Positions 21,602-32,337 of a DNA stretch of 64,000 nt are shown here, one piece after another; the stretch's first letter is position 1; each line of letters starts with the position of its first letter. The notes under the pieces are model-generated. The model was not told the DNA's origin, made no database searches, and saw only the letters and a list, made by a program, of their open reading frames with translations. The translations under genes and the position numbers were made by a program. The stretch covers positions 930,001-994,000 of the forward strand of contig CAWJLW010000006.1 of the NCBI GenBank assembly GCA_963843795.1. Reading direction: 5' to 3'. The DNA is from an uncultured bacterium (GTDB lineage Bacteria; Armatimonadota; Abditibacteriia; Abditibacteriales; Abditibacteriaceae).

Positions 21602-22993
21602 TTAGCGCGTGTTGCTGGTCGCTGCCGCGCTATTGTTTTTCATCGCGTCTTCGACTTCATGCAACATCGGCTTCCACGCTTCGGCGAGTTCGCCAATATG
21701 ACGTACATCGACGGTGTGCGTGCTGAACGGAATGTTGATGCCCGCATTGGCAAACGCGGTTTTGGTGCGCATAATGCATTCGCTTTGCACGGCGGGTGCA
21801 TCGACATTGGTGGTACTGGTAAAAAACAGCATCCGCAAATCGATTGACGAAGCACCCAGTTTTGAAACCAACACTTGCGGCGCAGGTTCTTCCAACACGC
21901 CCTCGACGCTTTTGATCGCTTCTTCGGCTAGTTTCAGCGCTTTTCTTTCGTCAGCATCGTAATCAATGCCGATAGAAAATTCGCGACGCCGATACAAATT
22001 ATACGTGTTGGTGGTGACTGCAGAGTTGAAAACTTCGCCGTTGGGGATCGTTACGATGCGATTATCGAAAGTGCGCAAACGCAGCGCACGCAAGTCGATG
22101 CTTTCGACCGTGCCTTCAAATTCGCCGACCACGATTTGTCCGCCAATCGCGAACTGGCGACCGGCCAATAACATCAAACCGGCGAAAAAATGCGATAGTA
22201 CGTCTTTAAAAGCGAAGCCCAGCACAAAACCGGACACGCCAACCGCTGCGGCGATGCTGGCGCCATCAATGCCCAGCGCGGAGAGAATTGCTAAAAAGCC
22301 CAGACTCCACGTCCCGTAAAATGACACAGCAATCGCCAGTTGCGCTAAATTGGCATCGAAATGTGGATTTCGCGTGGCCTTGCGCGTCAACCAGCGCGCA
22401 GCTTTGGCGAGTGGCCAAAACAGTAACGCCAATAAAATTGCGCCCATCAAGCGAGGTATCCAGCCGATAATGGAATGCACTAAATCGTAAGTCGAAGTGA
22501 CAATGACGATTAGTGCGTTGCTTAGCGGATTGGTGCGCGCGATGCGTCCGGCCTGCACCACATTGGAGAGTTGCTTGCCCCACGATAGCGCCAATTCTTT
22601 TGCAGGCACCAAGGCATCGGCCACATCGGGATCCGTCACGGTGAGAACCGGTTCGCCTCCCAAAGTAATAAGAGGTTGACCCTCTTCAGTAATTACATCG
22701 CTGGGCGTGAACCTTTCCACATCTTCCTCACGCTCGATTAAACGCTCGACGCGCTTTTCGACGATTTCCGCGCGCCGCGTCGCTTCGTCAGCATCTGCGC
22801 CCGAAAGCGTGAACAGTTCGCGATTATTAATGATGACCGGCGCGCGCGGAATCCCAACTGCCGTGCTGGTTTGTGGTTTGGATTGCGATGTGGGGTTTGA
22901 AGTTTGTGCGCTCGCTGTCCATGTCGTGAAAATACACAATATCACGGCGACTGCGTGAATAGTAAATGAATGGAATGGTTTTCGTTGTTTCAA
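21602..22993 (-). CDS. MscS family mechanosensitive channel with extracytoplasmic N-terminal domain
   Basis: GFAFKDVLSHFFAG, EGTVESIDLR, IPNGEV and AGINIPF. Confidence 0.9.
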   Translation of the reverse strand: MKQRKPFHSFTIHAVAVILCIFTTWTASAQTSNPTSQSKPQTSTAVGIPRAPVIINNRELFTLSGADADEATRRAEIVEKRVERLIEREEDVERFTPSDVITEEGQPLITLGGEPVLTVTDPDVADALVPAKELALSWGKQLSNVVQAGRIARTNPLSNALIVIVTSTYDLVHSIIGWIPRLMGAILLALLFWPLAKAARWLTRKATRNPHFDANLAQLAIAVSFYGTWSLGFLAILSALGIDGASIAAAVGVSGFVLGFAFKDVLSHFFAGLMLLAGRQFAIGGQIVVGEFEGTVESIDLRALRLRTFDNRIVTIPNGEVFNSAVTTNTYNLYRRREFSIGIDYDADERKALKLAEEAIKSVEGVLEEPAPQVLVSKLGASSIDLRMLFFTSTTNVDAPAVQSECIMRTKTAFANAGINIPFSTHTVDVRHIGELAEAWKPMLHEVEDAMKNNSAAATSNTR

Positions 22994-23056
22994 AATGCCT
23001 CCTGCAAATGCTCTGGATTGAGCCGCAATACGCGGCGTTTGTCATAATGGCTCGTG

Positions 23057-23749
23057 ATGAAATATGTGATTGTCTTTATCACTTTTGGTCTGGTCTGCGC
23101 ATGGCTTGCGATGACGTGGCAAGTACTTGCCGCGCGTCTCGTGGCCGCAAGTTTTGCCACGGCGTTTTGCGGCGTCGGTTTGGCCTACGCTTTCATCGGG
23201 CCGCGCGCTTTTCTGAAAAAGTCGAATGGCCAACTCAGTATTTTGAGTACTCTTTTTTACGCGCCATATCATCTGCTCAACTGGCTCAGTCTGGCAGCAT
23301 TTCGGCGCGCGGGCCACGAGAATGCGTTTGACGAAATTGTCGATGGCGTGTTTTTAGGTTGTCGTCTCAACGCGAGCGACCACGCGACGATACAAAAATT
23401 GGACATCAAAAGCGTGCTCGATTTGACCTGCGAATTCAGCGAAACGCCCGCTTTGCGCCGACTCACCTATTTGTGCATTCCGATTTTAGACGCGAGTGCG
23501 CCATCCTTGAAAACGCTGAAAAGTGGAGCCGCATGGATTGAATCCCAAGTCGCGCACGGCCCAGTTTATGTTCACTGCGCGTTGGGACACGGACGCAGCG
23601 CGACCTTTGTCGCGGCTTACCTAATTTTGGCGGGAAAAGCGCGCACGCCACGCGAAGCCATCGACAAAATCAAAACTTTGCGCCCGAAAGTCGGCCTACA
23701 GCCCGATCAACTCGCATTGCTTGAACAGTTTGCAGCCCAGAAATTGTAA
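23057..23749 (+). CDS. Membrane-associated dual-specificity phosphatase family protein
   Basis: VYVHCALGHGRS (HCX5R) motif; N-terminal TM segments. Confidence 0.88.
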   Translation: MKYVIVFITFGLVCAWLAMTWQVLAARLVAASFATAFCGVGLAYAFIGPRAFLKKSNGQLSILSTLFYAPYHLLNWLSLAAFRRAGHENAFDEIVDGVFLGCRLNASDHATIQKLDIKSVLDLTCEFSETPALRRLTYLCIPILDASAPSLKTLKSGAAWIESQVAHGPVYVHCALGHGRSATFVAAYLILAGKARTPREAIDKIKTLRPKVGLQPDQLALLEQFAAQKL

Positions 23750-23961
23750 CTTTGGTCTCGATTTTCCTGTTGCTCCTGCTTCTCACGAGTCGAACACCTT
23801 CCAAGTTGCATTGTGGGCAAACATTTCCGCTAATCGCTGCAACATCAGTGCGAATCAGAAACATCTGGCTCTTGATTTTCTGCGCGCATTGGTGAATGCC
23901 AATGGGCAAAGCTGCGTGATTGAGATACAAATATAAGCACATCGTTCGGCAAAGGAATTTT

Positions 23962-26031
23962 GTGCCTGCTTCAACTACCGCGCCCGCAACTCAATTCGTC
24001 GCAACCGAACGCTTCTGCAAAGGCGTGACTTTTCGCGCGGTGGCGTTGTCGTTGTTCCTCGCGGCGTGGTTCGGCTACATCATTCCCATTATCGACTTGC
24101 AGGTGATGAACACCCATCTCGGTGGCGGGCATTTACCTCTTGGTGGCATCGGTGCGCTGTTGTTTTTCTTGTTGGTTGTCAATCCATTGCTGAGCCGTCT
24201 TCACCGCAATGCACGACTATCGCGCAATGAAATCTTGACGGTTTATATTTCGTGCTTATTTTCCAATCTCTTACCCGGTAACGGTAGCGAAACTTTATTT
24301 GTGTCGCATATCATCGGGCCGTTTTATTTCTCCACGCGCGAAAACGGCTGGTTTTCGATGCTTAGCGAACATTTGCCTTCTTGGTTTTCGCCCGCTTTGG
24401 GCGACAACGGGCAGTATTCAGATTCCATCCGTGGGGTTATCGAAGGTTGGTACACCGGCGTCATACCCGGTGCGAGCGGAGCGCCCATTCCTTGGGCGCT
24501 TTGGATTGTGCCATTAGTCGCATGGAGCGTTTTAATTCTGGCGTCTTACTGGATGCTGGCGTGTTTGAGTGTAATGCTGCGTGCACAGTGGGGCGAAAAC
24601 GAAGCGCTAAGTTTTCCGCTCTTGAAACTGCCTTTAGAAATGACCGAAGACGTTGACCGACCCGATTCTTTAGCGATCATCGGGCGCTTTTTCCGTAATC
24701 CTATCATGTGGATTGGCTTCGCTGTCGCCGTTGCGATTGATGGATTGAACGGTTTAAACGTTTATTTTCCGGATGTGCCAAGCGTACCACTGGGCATCAA
24801 TACTGGCGCGATGTTTACCGAAACGCCATGGAATCAGATGGCACCGATGGGCATGGCAGTGTGGCCAATGTTCATCGGTATCGCGTATTTATTGACCGCA
24901 GAAGTCAGCTTTTCTCTGTGGTTTTTCCTGTGGCTGGTGCAATCGCAGTATATCGTCGCTTATTATCTCGGCTTTCCTTATGGCACGCTGCCCACAGCAA
25001 TTGGCCATTCTTCGGATGGTGGCGCGCGCACTTTCACTGCTTTTCAGCAAATTGGCGCTTATCTTTCTTACAGCGCGATTTTGATGTGGACGGCGCGCGG
25101 CCATCTGCGCCACATTTTCCGCCGCGCACTGGGGCGCGAACGACCCACGGAAACCGAAAAGGGCGAAGCCTTGAGCTATCCGGTTGCTTTTTGGGGCTTT
25201 GTTGGCGGCTTTCTGTTAATGGTCGCGTGGAGTTGGGCGGCGGGTATGAGCATAAGCGTTGCCGTTGCGATTTGGGGATTATATCTCGTAGCGGCGATTG
25301 TCTTGACGCGCGCGGTCGTCGAGGGCGGCATCATGTTCATCAATCAGGGTTGGGTGCCGCTGGGAGTTTTGGGTCAACTGTTCGGCGCGGGCACGGGTTC
25401 ATGGCTCGGCCCCAATTCAATTGTGCCCGGTTCGTTTTTTCAGGTCTCGTTTTTTCAGGACATGCGCGGCTTTCTGATGCCGAGCTTTCTGCAAAGTTTC
25501 AAGCTGGCGCATGATCGCGGCATCCAAGCGCGACGCTTATTCGCATTGATTAGCGGCGTGATTTTAGTTTCGCTCGCGATGAGCATCTGGGTGAAAGTGC
25601 GCATGGGCTATGTCGGCGGCGGCTTGGGCTTGCATCCGTGGTTTTCGACTGTTGCGCCCAAATATCCCGGTCAAGTTTCGCAGGAATTAATTCAAGGCGC
25701 GCGCGATAGCGGCATTGGTAACTGGCTGTGGCTTTCAATTGGCGGACTGGCGACTTATGGAATTGTCCTCGCGCGCGCTCGTTTGGTCTGGTTTCCCTTA
25801 CACCCTTTGGGATATATGCTTGCCTTGACAGCACCGACGCAGCGCGCATGGTTTTCATTTTTTCTGGGCTGGATGTTCAAAACCCTAATCACCAAATTCG
25901 GTGGCCACGAATCGTATCGTAAACTAGTTCCGGGCTTTCTGGGCTTGGTCTTAGGCGAGGCTTCGATGGCGGTTTTCTGGCTGTTGATTGATGCCTGGCA
26001 AGGGCGCGGCTCGCATGGACTTTTGCCTTGA
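23962..26031 (+). CDS. Large polytopic membrane protein (DUF6785/DUF6784-like, putative transporter)
   Basis: Many TM helices; QWGENEALSFPLLKLP, WFPLHPLGY and PGFLGLVLGE motifs recalled for this family. The start is uncertain (GTG 23962). Confidence 0.75.
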   Translation: MPASTTAPATQFVATERFCKGVTFRAVALSLFLAAWFGYIIPIIDLQVMNTHLGGGHLPLGGIGALLFFLLVVNPLLSRLHRNARLSRNEILTVYISCLFSNLLPGNGSETLFVSHIIGPFYFSTRENGWFSMLSEHLPSWFSPALGDNGQYSDSIRGVIEGWYTGVIPGASGAPIPWALWIVPLVAWSVLILASYWMLACLSVMLRAQWGENEALSFPLLKLPLEMTEDVDRPDSLAIIGRFFRNPIMWIGFAVAVAIDGLNGLNVYFPDVPSVPLGINTGAMFTETPWNQMAPMGMAVWPMFIGIAYLLTAEVSFSLWFFLWLVQSQYIVAYYLGFPYGTLPTAIGHSSDGGARTFTAFQQIGAYLSYSAILMWTARGHLRHIFRRALGRERPTETEKGEALSYPVAFWGFVGGFLLMVAWSWAAGMSISVAVAIWGLYLVAAIVLTRAVVEGGIMFINQGWVPLGVLGQLFGAGTGSWLGPNSIVPGSFFQVSFFQDMRGFLMPSFLQSFKLAHDRGIQARRLFALISGVILVSLAMSIWVKVRMGYVGGGLGLHPWFSTVAPKYPGQVSQELIQGARDSGIGNWLWLSIGGLATYGIVLARARLVWFPLHPLGYMLALTAPTQRAWFSFFLGWMFKTLITKFGGHESYRKLVPGFLGLVLGEASMAVFWLLIDAWQGRGSHGLLP

Positions 26032-26062
26032 AGGCGTGCTGCAAGTACTTGCAGCACACTTT

Positions 26063-27961
26063 TCATGCTCCGCGATGGAAAACCCACCATTCCGCCGCCA
26101 TCAGAGCTAAGGCTGCGAGCGCGAAAAACGCCCATAATTCCCGATTGGAGCGCGCGCGACTTTGCGCAGTCAGCGTTTGGCCCGCATCCGATTTAAGAGC
26201 ATCGCGTGGCTGCAAATCGCTTTCGCTTTTGTCCAGCAAGCTCAAGCCAAAACTGTATTTCCAACCTTCCGCGCTCGCTACATAAGCACCTGCGCGCGTG
26301 CCACCGTCGAACGTCACTGGTCGCCGCGTCGCATCCACGCGCTGCGTGCTGCCGTCGGGCAAAATTACCGATACGGTATTAGCGTCTTGCGGCGCGGGCA
26401 GAACGACGGGCGCACCGGCCCTCCGCGCGGCATCGGCGTTGGCGGGCGCATCGGTTCCGGCCAGCCAGCGCACGGCGTTGGTGATGAAAATTGGAAACGC
26501 GACTTTTAAGGGCAAATCGCTATCGCGCACGTCGAAGCCGCACCACACCACGCGCTGCTGCGCATCATTCTGATTATTGGCAGTTATGCGCCGCGTTCCC
26601 GCTACGATCAGCGGCGTGCCGATAGATTCGACAATCGGCACGCCCCAGCTTTTGGTTTTCGCTGCCACGCTTTGTGAAATTTTCAAATCGTTCCACGAAG
26701 CCGCACGCGTGACCGGATGTTCGCGCTGCCATGCTACGACCGTTGGCTGCGCGACCACACTTAATTTCGTGTCGCGCGTGACCGGCATATTTTCATCAAT
26801 AGCGCGAAACACCAGCAAATTGCGCCTGCCCAGGCCTGGCGGCGGCGTCACGCCATCGCACACCACGACATCGAATTTCGCCTCGCTATTGGCTTTAGCA
26901 AAGTCGCTGGCCGCGCCACGCGTCAGTTCGACCGCGCCCGCTAATTCCAAGGCACGCTCCAAAAATCCGTTGCCCGCCGAAAGTAGTAGAACGCGCACTT
27001 TTTGCGGCGCTTCCAAACGTGCGAAGGCGAAATTATCGACCGCCAAATCGTCATTCAAATCAAAACGTGCACGGAATAATCCGTCATTGAAATTCAAGTT
27101 GTCGAACAATTCCGAATGCGTGCCCGGCGCACCCTTTGTCGCTGCAGGAACTGAAATTTTGCGCACCGCGACCAGACGTTCATCGCGCGCCAATTCCAAA
27201 TCGACGCTGCGCGCCTGTTTGCCGAAATTGCTTACCGTGACAAAAACCTGCGGTTTGGCATTACGCGCGTAAGGCCGCGCCGCGTCCATCGCGGTAATCG
27301 CCACGTTCTCGTCGCGCTCGCCCACGCGCACCCATTGCAACGTCGCGCCACCAGTCGGCGGCGCAGTGATCGTGTCCATCGCGCCATCGCTGAGCACCAC
27401 GACTTGCGAAGGTTTTTGGTTGCGCAAAAGCGAAGAAGCCAGCACAATCGCTTCGCGCAAATCGCAGCGTGCATCTTGAACTTGCGCATTTGCTAACGCG
27501 CGTTTGAGCGCATTTTTATCTCCAGTGAGCGGTGCAAGTACTTGCGTGGTGCGTCCAGCCACAATCAGCGCGCCTTGATCGCCATTGCCCAGTTCGTTAA
27601 TCAAACGTCCGGCTTCGGCGCGCGCTTTGTCGAAACGCGAAGGCGTGACATCGCGGGCATTCATCGAAGCCGAAGCGTCCAAAACAATCGCCAGCGTTTG
27701 CCCCCCGCCCGCCAGAACCTGATAGGCCGGACGCGATAAAGCCAACACGGCCAGCGCGACAACGGCCAGTTGCAGCCACATCAACAAACTGGAGCGCAAT
27801 TTTTGCCACGGCGCGTTCGCCTGTAAATCGCGTAAAGATTCGCGCCACAGCATTGTCGAAGCTACGGTGCGCGAAAGGCGCTTCATGCGCAGAATGTACA
27901 GCAGCAAAATTGCGCCCAGCAGAAAGCCGAATGCCAAGTTTTGCGGGGCGATAAAGTTCAT
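26063..27961 (-). CDS. BatA N-terminal + vWA domain membrane protein
   Basis: BatA-like N-terminus (LLYILR...STMLW), MIDAS DASAS, VLSDG, SDLPLKVAFPIF and a C-terminal TM ending EWW. Confidence 0.88.
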   Translation of the reverse strand: MNFIAPQNLAFGFLLGAILLLYILRMKRLSRTVASTMLWRESLRDLQANAPWQKLRSSLLMWLQLAVVALAVLALSRPAYQVLAGGGQTLAIVLDASASMNARDVTPSRFDKARAEAGRLINELGNGDQGALIVAGRTTQVLAPLTGDKNALKRALANAQVQDARCDLREAIVLASSLLRNQKPSQVVVLSDGAMDTITAPPTGGATLQWVRVGERDENVAITAMDAARPYARNAKPQVFVTVSNFGKQARSVDLELARDERLVAVRKISVPAATKGAPGTHSELFDNLNFNDGLFRARFDLNDDLAVDNFAFARLEAPQKVRVLLLSAGNGFLERALELAGAVELTRGAASDFAKANSEAKFDVVVCDGVTPPPGLGRRNLLVFRAIDENMPVTRDTKLSVVAQPTVVAWQREHPVTRAASWNDLKISQSVAAKTKSWGVPIVESIGTPLIVAGTRRITANNQNDAQQRVVWCGFDVRDSDLPLKVAFPIFITNAVRWLAGTDAPANADAARRAGAPVVLPAPQDANTVSVILPDGSTQRVDATRRPVTFDGGTRAGAYVASAEGWKYSFGLSLLDKSESDLQPRDALKSDAGQTLTAQSRARSNRELWAFFALAALALMAAEWWVFHRGA

Positions 27962-27988
27962 AAATTGATGCTGCAAGTACTTGCAGCG

Positions 27989-28981
27989 TTACTGTGCTGC
28001 GACAACTGCGTGTTTATCCAGCAAGCCATCAATCAATTCATCGGTTTCGATTCCATCGGCCTGCCCTTCGAAATTCAAAATCATGCGATGGCGCAACGCG
28101 GGACGCGCGATAAATTCGATGTCTTCCTGCGAAACATGAAAGCGCGTTTCCAACAAGGCCCGCACTTTGGCCGCCAAAATCAAAGCCTGTGCGCCACGCG
28201 GACTGGCGCCATAACGCACGTATTTTTTCACTTCATCCGTCGCCCATTCCGAATCGGGATGCGTGCCTAATGTCAGTTTCACGGCGTGTTCTTGGATATG
28301 CGGCGCAATCGGCACATCGCGCACCAAGCGCCGCAGCATCATAATATCTTCGCGCGCAAGTACTTGCGAGGGCGTAGCGCTGTGAGTTTGCGTGGTGCGA
28401 TTGAGGATTTCCATCAATTCGTCCATTGTTGGAAAAAAAACACGCAATTTGAACAAAAATCTGTCCAATTGCGCTTCGGGGAGTGGATAAGTGCCTTCCA
28501 TTTCCAGCGGGTTTTGCGTCGCTAAAACGATGTAAGGTTCTTCCAATTGAAAAGTTTTGCCCGCGACCGTGACGCTGCGTTCCTGCATCGCTTCCAGAAG
28601 CGCCGATTGAGTTTTGGGCGTGGCGCGATTGATTTCGTCGGCCAAGAGAATGTTGGTGAAAACCGGGCCTTTTTGAAATTGAAATTCGCGCGTGCCATCC
28701 GGCTTTTCCGCGATGATATTGGTGCCAGTCACGTCTGCGGGCATCAAATCGGGCGTGAACTGAATGCGCGAAAATTGCAAACCCAAAGTTTGGGCTAACG
28801 TACGCACCAAAAGCGTTTTGCCAAGCCCCGGCACGCCTTCGAGCAAAACATGGCCTCCGGCGCACAAACACATCAAAACGCCTTCAACGATCATATCCTG
28901 TCCGACGATGACACGGCCCATTTCAGCTTTGAGAGCATCGGCGCGACGGCGAAATTCTTCTACTGCGGCAATTGGTTCCAT
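27989..28981 (-). CDS. moxR: MoxR-family AAA+ ATPase
   Basis: HVLLEGVPGLGKT, RIQFTPDLMPAD, ADEINRATPKTQSALLEAM and GTYPLPEAQLDRF. Confidence 0.95.
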   Translation of the reverse strand: MEPIAAVEEFRRRADALKAEMGRVIVGQDMIVEGVLMCLCAGGHVLLEGVPGLGKTLLVRTLAQTLGLQFSRIQFTPDLMPADVTGTNIIAEKPDGTREFQFQKGPVFTNILLADEINRATPKTQSALLEAMQERSVTVAGKTFQLEEPYIVLATQNPLEMEGTYPLPEAQLDRFLFKLRVFFPTMDELMEILNRTTQTHSATPSQVLAREDIMMLRRLVRDVPIAPHIQEHAVKLTLGTHPDSEWATDEVKKYVRYGASPRGAQALILAAKVRALLETRFHVSQEDIEFIARPALRHRMILNFEGQADGIETDELIDGLLDKHAVVAAQ

Positions 28982-28984
28982 TAT

Positions 28985-30964
28985 TTAATTGGGATTGATA
29001 CTATCGAAATATTCTTTCACCGGCGCTTGATAGGCGGGCGGCACGTCTTCGCGTGAAATCGCGTCTTCGGCGTCGCGACGGTAGCTTTCGTAAACATCGT
29101 AATACGGCGTTTTGGCCGCGCCGCCTTTGGCTTGAGTTTTGGTTTGCAAACGCTCGCTTTCGCCGTCGTTGCCCATTTTACCTTTGACGCGCGTACTTTT
29201 CTTCTGCGTTTCCGGCAAACGGTCGCTCCACACATCTTCCCAGCGACGATCATCATTCGATTTATTCGAGCGCAATTTCGACACACCGCCGCCCGACTGA
29301 TTGCCGCCTTGAACCTTGTTGCGCGGCCCCAGACCAGCGCCGCCTTGAGTGCCCGTTTTCGGATCGGTTGCTTTCAAATCTTTGCCCGGTGTCACACCCG
29401 AACGCCCATCGCCCTGACCTTCGCCGCTGCCGCTTTGCCCATTGCCATTGTTCTTGTTGTTTTTGCCCTGACCTTGTCCCTGTTCTTGTTGGCTTTCGCC
29501 CTGCTGACCTTGTCCGCTTTGACCTTGTTGTCCATCGCCAGGTTGGCCGTTGCCCTCGGCTTCTTGAATTTTCTTCATCATGTCGCGGACAACTTGGTCG
29601 TTGTTGCTGGAGTTGCCGTTATTTCGTAAGCCCTGCGCCATTTTATTCAACGCATCCGACGCACCGCTGCTCGATGAATTCTGGCCGCTTTGCTGTTGGC
29701 CGCTCTGACTTTGGCCGTTCTGCTGTTGTGCGTTTTGTGGCTGGCCATTTTGCGATGGCTGATTTTGATTTTGTTGGCTTTGCTGCTCATTGTTTTGCGA
29801 CTGTGGATTGCGCAAATCTTTCGCAGCCTGCTCCAACTGTTTGGCGGCATTTCGGGCAGTTTGGTTGTTTTGCTGACGCAAAGCGCGCGCAGCTTCTTCC
29901 AGATCGCGCGCGGTTTTTTCTTTTTCTTCGGCGCTCATGCCGTTGGGATTTTGCAATTTTTCGGCAATTTTTTCCATTTGCGCGGCAGCAGCTTCATTGC
30001 GGTTTTGCTGCAATTCCTGCTGCATTTTTTGCGCTTGGTTGCTGGCGAAGTTTCCTTTGCTCAAAGCTTCGCGCATCCGTTGAATGTCGAGTTCCGAAGC
30101 CGTGTTGCTTTGCTGGGAGCCGCCCGCTTTTTGGAGTTCGCGTTTGAGTTCGCCCATGCCGAGCAGCGCTTCTTTGCGCGTCATGCGCCCGCTTTGCATA
30201 CGCTTGGCCAGCGCTTCCAATTTGCGCGCGGCAATCGAGGCTTTAGTGTTGTTGCTCAAGCCCTTTTTCTCCTGCGCTTTTTTGGCGGATTCTTCTAGTT
30301 TTTCGCCTTGCAATTTCAGTTCGGCGTTATCGACGCGGCGTTGTGCGCTCAGGAAACGCGGATTATCTGGCATTAAAGCAAACGCGCCCAAAGCAAGCAG
30401 CGCGATGGCAAGTACTTGCAGTGCGCGGTCAAAGCGAAACGGATACAATTCGCGCGCATCAATCGTCGCCGCGCGTCGGGCCGCTTGTTGAATCAAGGGC
30501 GCCACCATTGGAGTTGAATTCGCGAAGCTTTTCGCCTCCGTTCCGCGCGTGTTGGCTTGCCACCATTTTGCGGACGGCGTTTCGATGGTTTGTGGAAATG
30601 CAAGGGCTAAAGCCGAAGATAATAAATCGTGTAATTTCCATTTGCGGTCGGCTTCACGCGCTGCGACAAAAGGCCCACTACGGCGCATTCGTGCCGTGAA
30701 AATCGTGACAATGCACGAAGCAGCGAACAAAACTTCGAGCATCCACGGCGCGCCATCGAGCAGAAAAAAACGGTAGAGCAGAGTGCCGATGGCGCTGAGA
30801 ATCGCGGCGGGCAATAAGGCGCGCACTAAGGTTTGCAGCGCGACGATACGATTGCGGCGTGCGGCCAAACGCAGCAGGTGCTTTTCCAATTCCGCAGCAG
30901 CAGGCGCGGCGCTTGAATCGGGCGCATCGGAAACGGCGTGACGGGGAAATTCAGCGGTAGCCAT
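28985..30964 (-). CDS. Membrane-anchored coiled-coil protein with Q/N/G-rich region (MoxR operon)
   Basis: N-terminal TMs, a long coiled coil, a low-complexity tract and C-terminal EDVPPAYQAPVKEYF; 3 bp from moxR. Confidence 0.8.
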   Translation of the reverse strand: MATAEFPRHAVSDAPDSSAAPAAAELEKHLLRLAARRNRIVALQTLVRALLPAAILSAIGTLLYRFFLLDGAPWMLEVLFAASCIVTIFTARMRRSGPFVAAREADRKWKLHDLLSSALALAFPQTIETPSAKWWQANTRGTEAKSFANSTPMVAPLIQQAARRAATIDARELYPFRFDRALQVLAIALLALGAFALMPDNPRFLSAQRRVDNAELKLQGEKLEESAKKAQEKKGLSNNTKASIAARKLEALAKRMQSGRMTRKEALLGMGELKRELQKAGGSQQSNTASELDIQRMREALSKGNFASNQAQKMQQELQQNRNEAAAAQMEKIAEKLQNPNGMSAEEKEKTARDLEEAARALRQQNNQTARNAAKQLEQAAKDLRNPQSQNNEQQSQQNQNQPSQNGQPQNAQQQNGQSQSGQQQSGQNSSSSGASDALNKMAQGLRNNGNSSNNDQVVRDMMKKIQEAEGNGQPGDGQQGQSGQGQQGESQQEQGQGQGKNNKNNGNGQSGSGEGQGDGRSGVTPGKDLKATDPKTGTQGGAGLGPRNKVQGGNQSGGGVSKLRSNKSNDDRRWEDVWSDRLPETQKKSTRVKGKMGNDGESERLQTKTQAKGGAAKTPYYDVYESYRRDAEDAISREDVPPAYQAPVKEYFDSINPN

Positions 30965-31089
30965 GTAAGAGTTCCTTCTTTGCGCTCATGGACACGCATA
31001 GTTTAACGCTTTGTTCCCGTTTCGCGCGAAGTGCTGGTCGTGCTAATGCCGGGAAGCGCAAGCAATGTTGCAAGTACTTGCAGCCAAAC

Positions 31090-32106
31090 TTACTCGTCGG
31101 TGCTTTGAACAGCAACAATTTTTTCATCGTTCAAAATCATCGCTTGCACGCTTTGCGGCTGCGCGCCTTCAATCACGATTTGTTGCCAGTTATTGCCTCC
31201 GTCGCGCGAAATCGAAATCGCGCCATCTTGCCAGCCCAGTGCGCACATTTCACCCGCGCACGCGACGGCGCGCAATTCCGATTCGCGCTGCGGATGATCG
31301 CTGATACGCCGCGCCCGTTCGGCATCAGCGCGCCACACCACCGATTTTCCTCTCGTTTGCTGAGGCACTGAGGAAGCGCTGTTTTCGCTGTCGATTCCGT
31401 GGCCAATGAGCCACCATTGCCCTTCATCGTCGCAGTTCGCGCTTTGCCACACGACATCGCTTTGCGACTGTCCACTTTTATCTTCCCAAGACATTTCGCG
31501 CCAACTCCAGCCGCCATCTTGCGACAGAGCCAGCGCGCGCGGCGCGACGGCCAGAACAATGGCAGGATCGTGGCGATGCCATACCAGAGAATGAACGTCT
31601 TTGGGAGCGCCCGGTCGCACATCGTCCCAGCTGAAGCCGCCATCGTTGGAAAACAAAACGCCATGATTTTCCACCGCGCACAACATCCAGTCGGCGTGTT
31701 GCGGGTTGGGCGCGACAACCGTAATGAGCGGTGTTTGCCAGCTTGCTGACGACGTTACCAGCCATAAATTACCCAGTGTTTCCCAAATCAAACCATCGTT
31801 TTGCGAGCGCTGCAACATGCCCGCTTCGCCACCGGCATACAATGCGCCGTCTTCGCCGGTCGCCACGCTCCACACGCGCGAACCTGGCAGGCGCGTCGCG
31901 CCATTGCTCCATCTCACTCCGTCATCGCGCGAACACCATACGCCTTCGCCCAGCGAAGCCGCATATAGAATATTGTTGCCTTCGTGGTGATAGGACGCCA
32001 GACGATGCACGCGCGCGCCTTCGAGATGGCGTGTGCCGTTCCAAAGACCGCCGCTTTCGCGCAGAACAACCACATCGTCGCCGGTGGCGATAGTTAAAAT
32101 GGGCAT
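31090..32106 (-). CDS. BNR/Asp-box repeat beta-propeller protein
   Basis: Repeated SxDxGxxW boxes: SRDDGVRW, SQNDGLIW, SNDGGFSW, SQDGGWSW, SRDGGNNW. Confidence 0.85.
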   Translation of the reverse strand: MPILTIATGDDVVVLRESGGLWNGTRHLEGARVHRLASYHHEGNNILYAASLGEGVWCSRDDGVRWSNGATRLPGSRVWSVATGEDGALYAGGEAGMLQRSQNDGLIWETLGNLWLVTSSASWQTPLITVVAPNPQHADWMLCAVENHGVLFSNDGGFSWDDVRPGAPKDVHSLVWHRHDPAIVLAVAPRALALSQDGGWSWREMSWEDKSGQSQSDVVWQSANCDDEGQWWLIGHGIDSENSASSVPQQTRGKSVVWRADAERARRISDHPQRESELRAVACAGEMCALGWQDGAISISRDGGNNWQQIVIEGAQPQSVQAMILNDEKIVAVQSTDE

Positions 32107-32263
32107 AATGATTTGGAGAAAGCACCGCAAGTACTTGCAGCAACTTTGGCTGCACGAGGTGCTAATTTGAGGATAACTAAAACTCTCCTGCAAGTACTTG
32201 CCTCCCATCGCAAAGCCAAAGCCTCCTGAAATTAAAGTTCCTCAAGTCCAACCTGATCAGCGC

Positions 32264-32299
32264 CAAAAACGCCCCGCAAGCACTTGCGGGGCGTTTTTG
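32264..32299. terminator. Terminator hairpin with a one-mismatch motif (GCAAGCACTTGC) at its apex
   Basis: caaaaacgcccc-GCAAGCACTTGC-ggggcgtttttg, downstream of the GGDEF/HD-GYP gene. Confidence 0.8.
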
Positions 32300-32337
32300 A
32301 TTTCAAGTTGAATTTGATTTTAGGGTCAAAGTGAATT

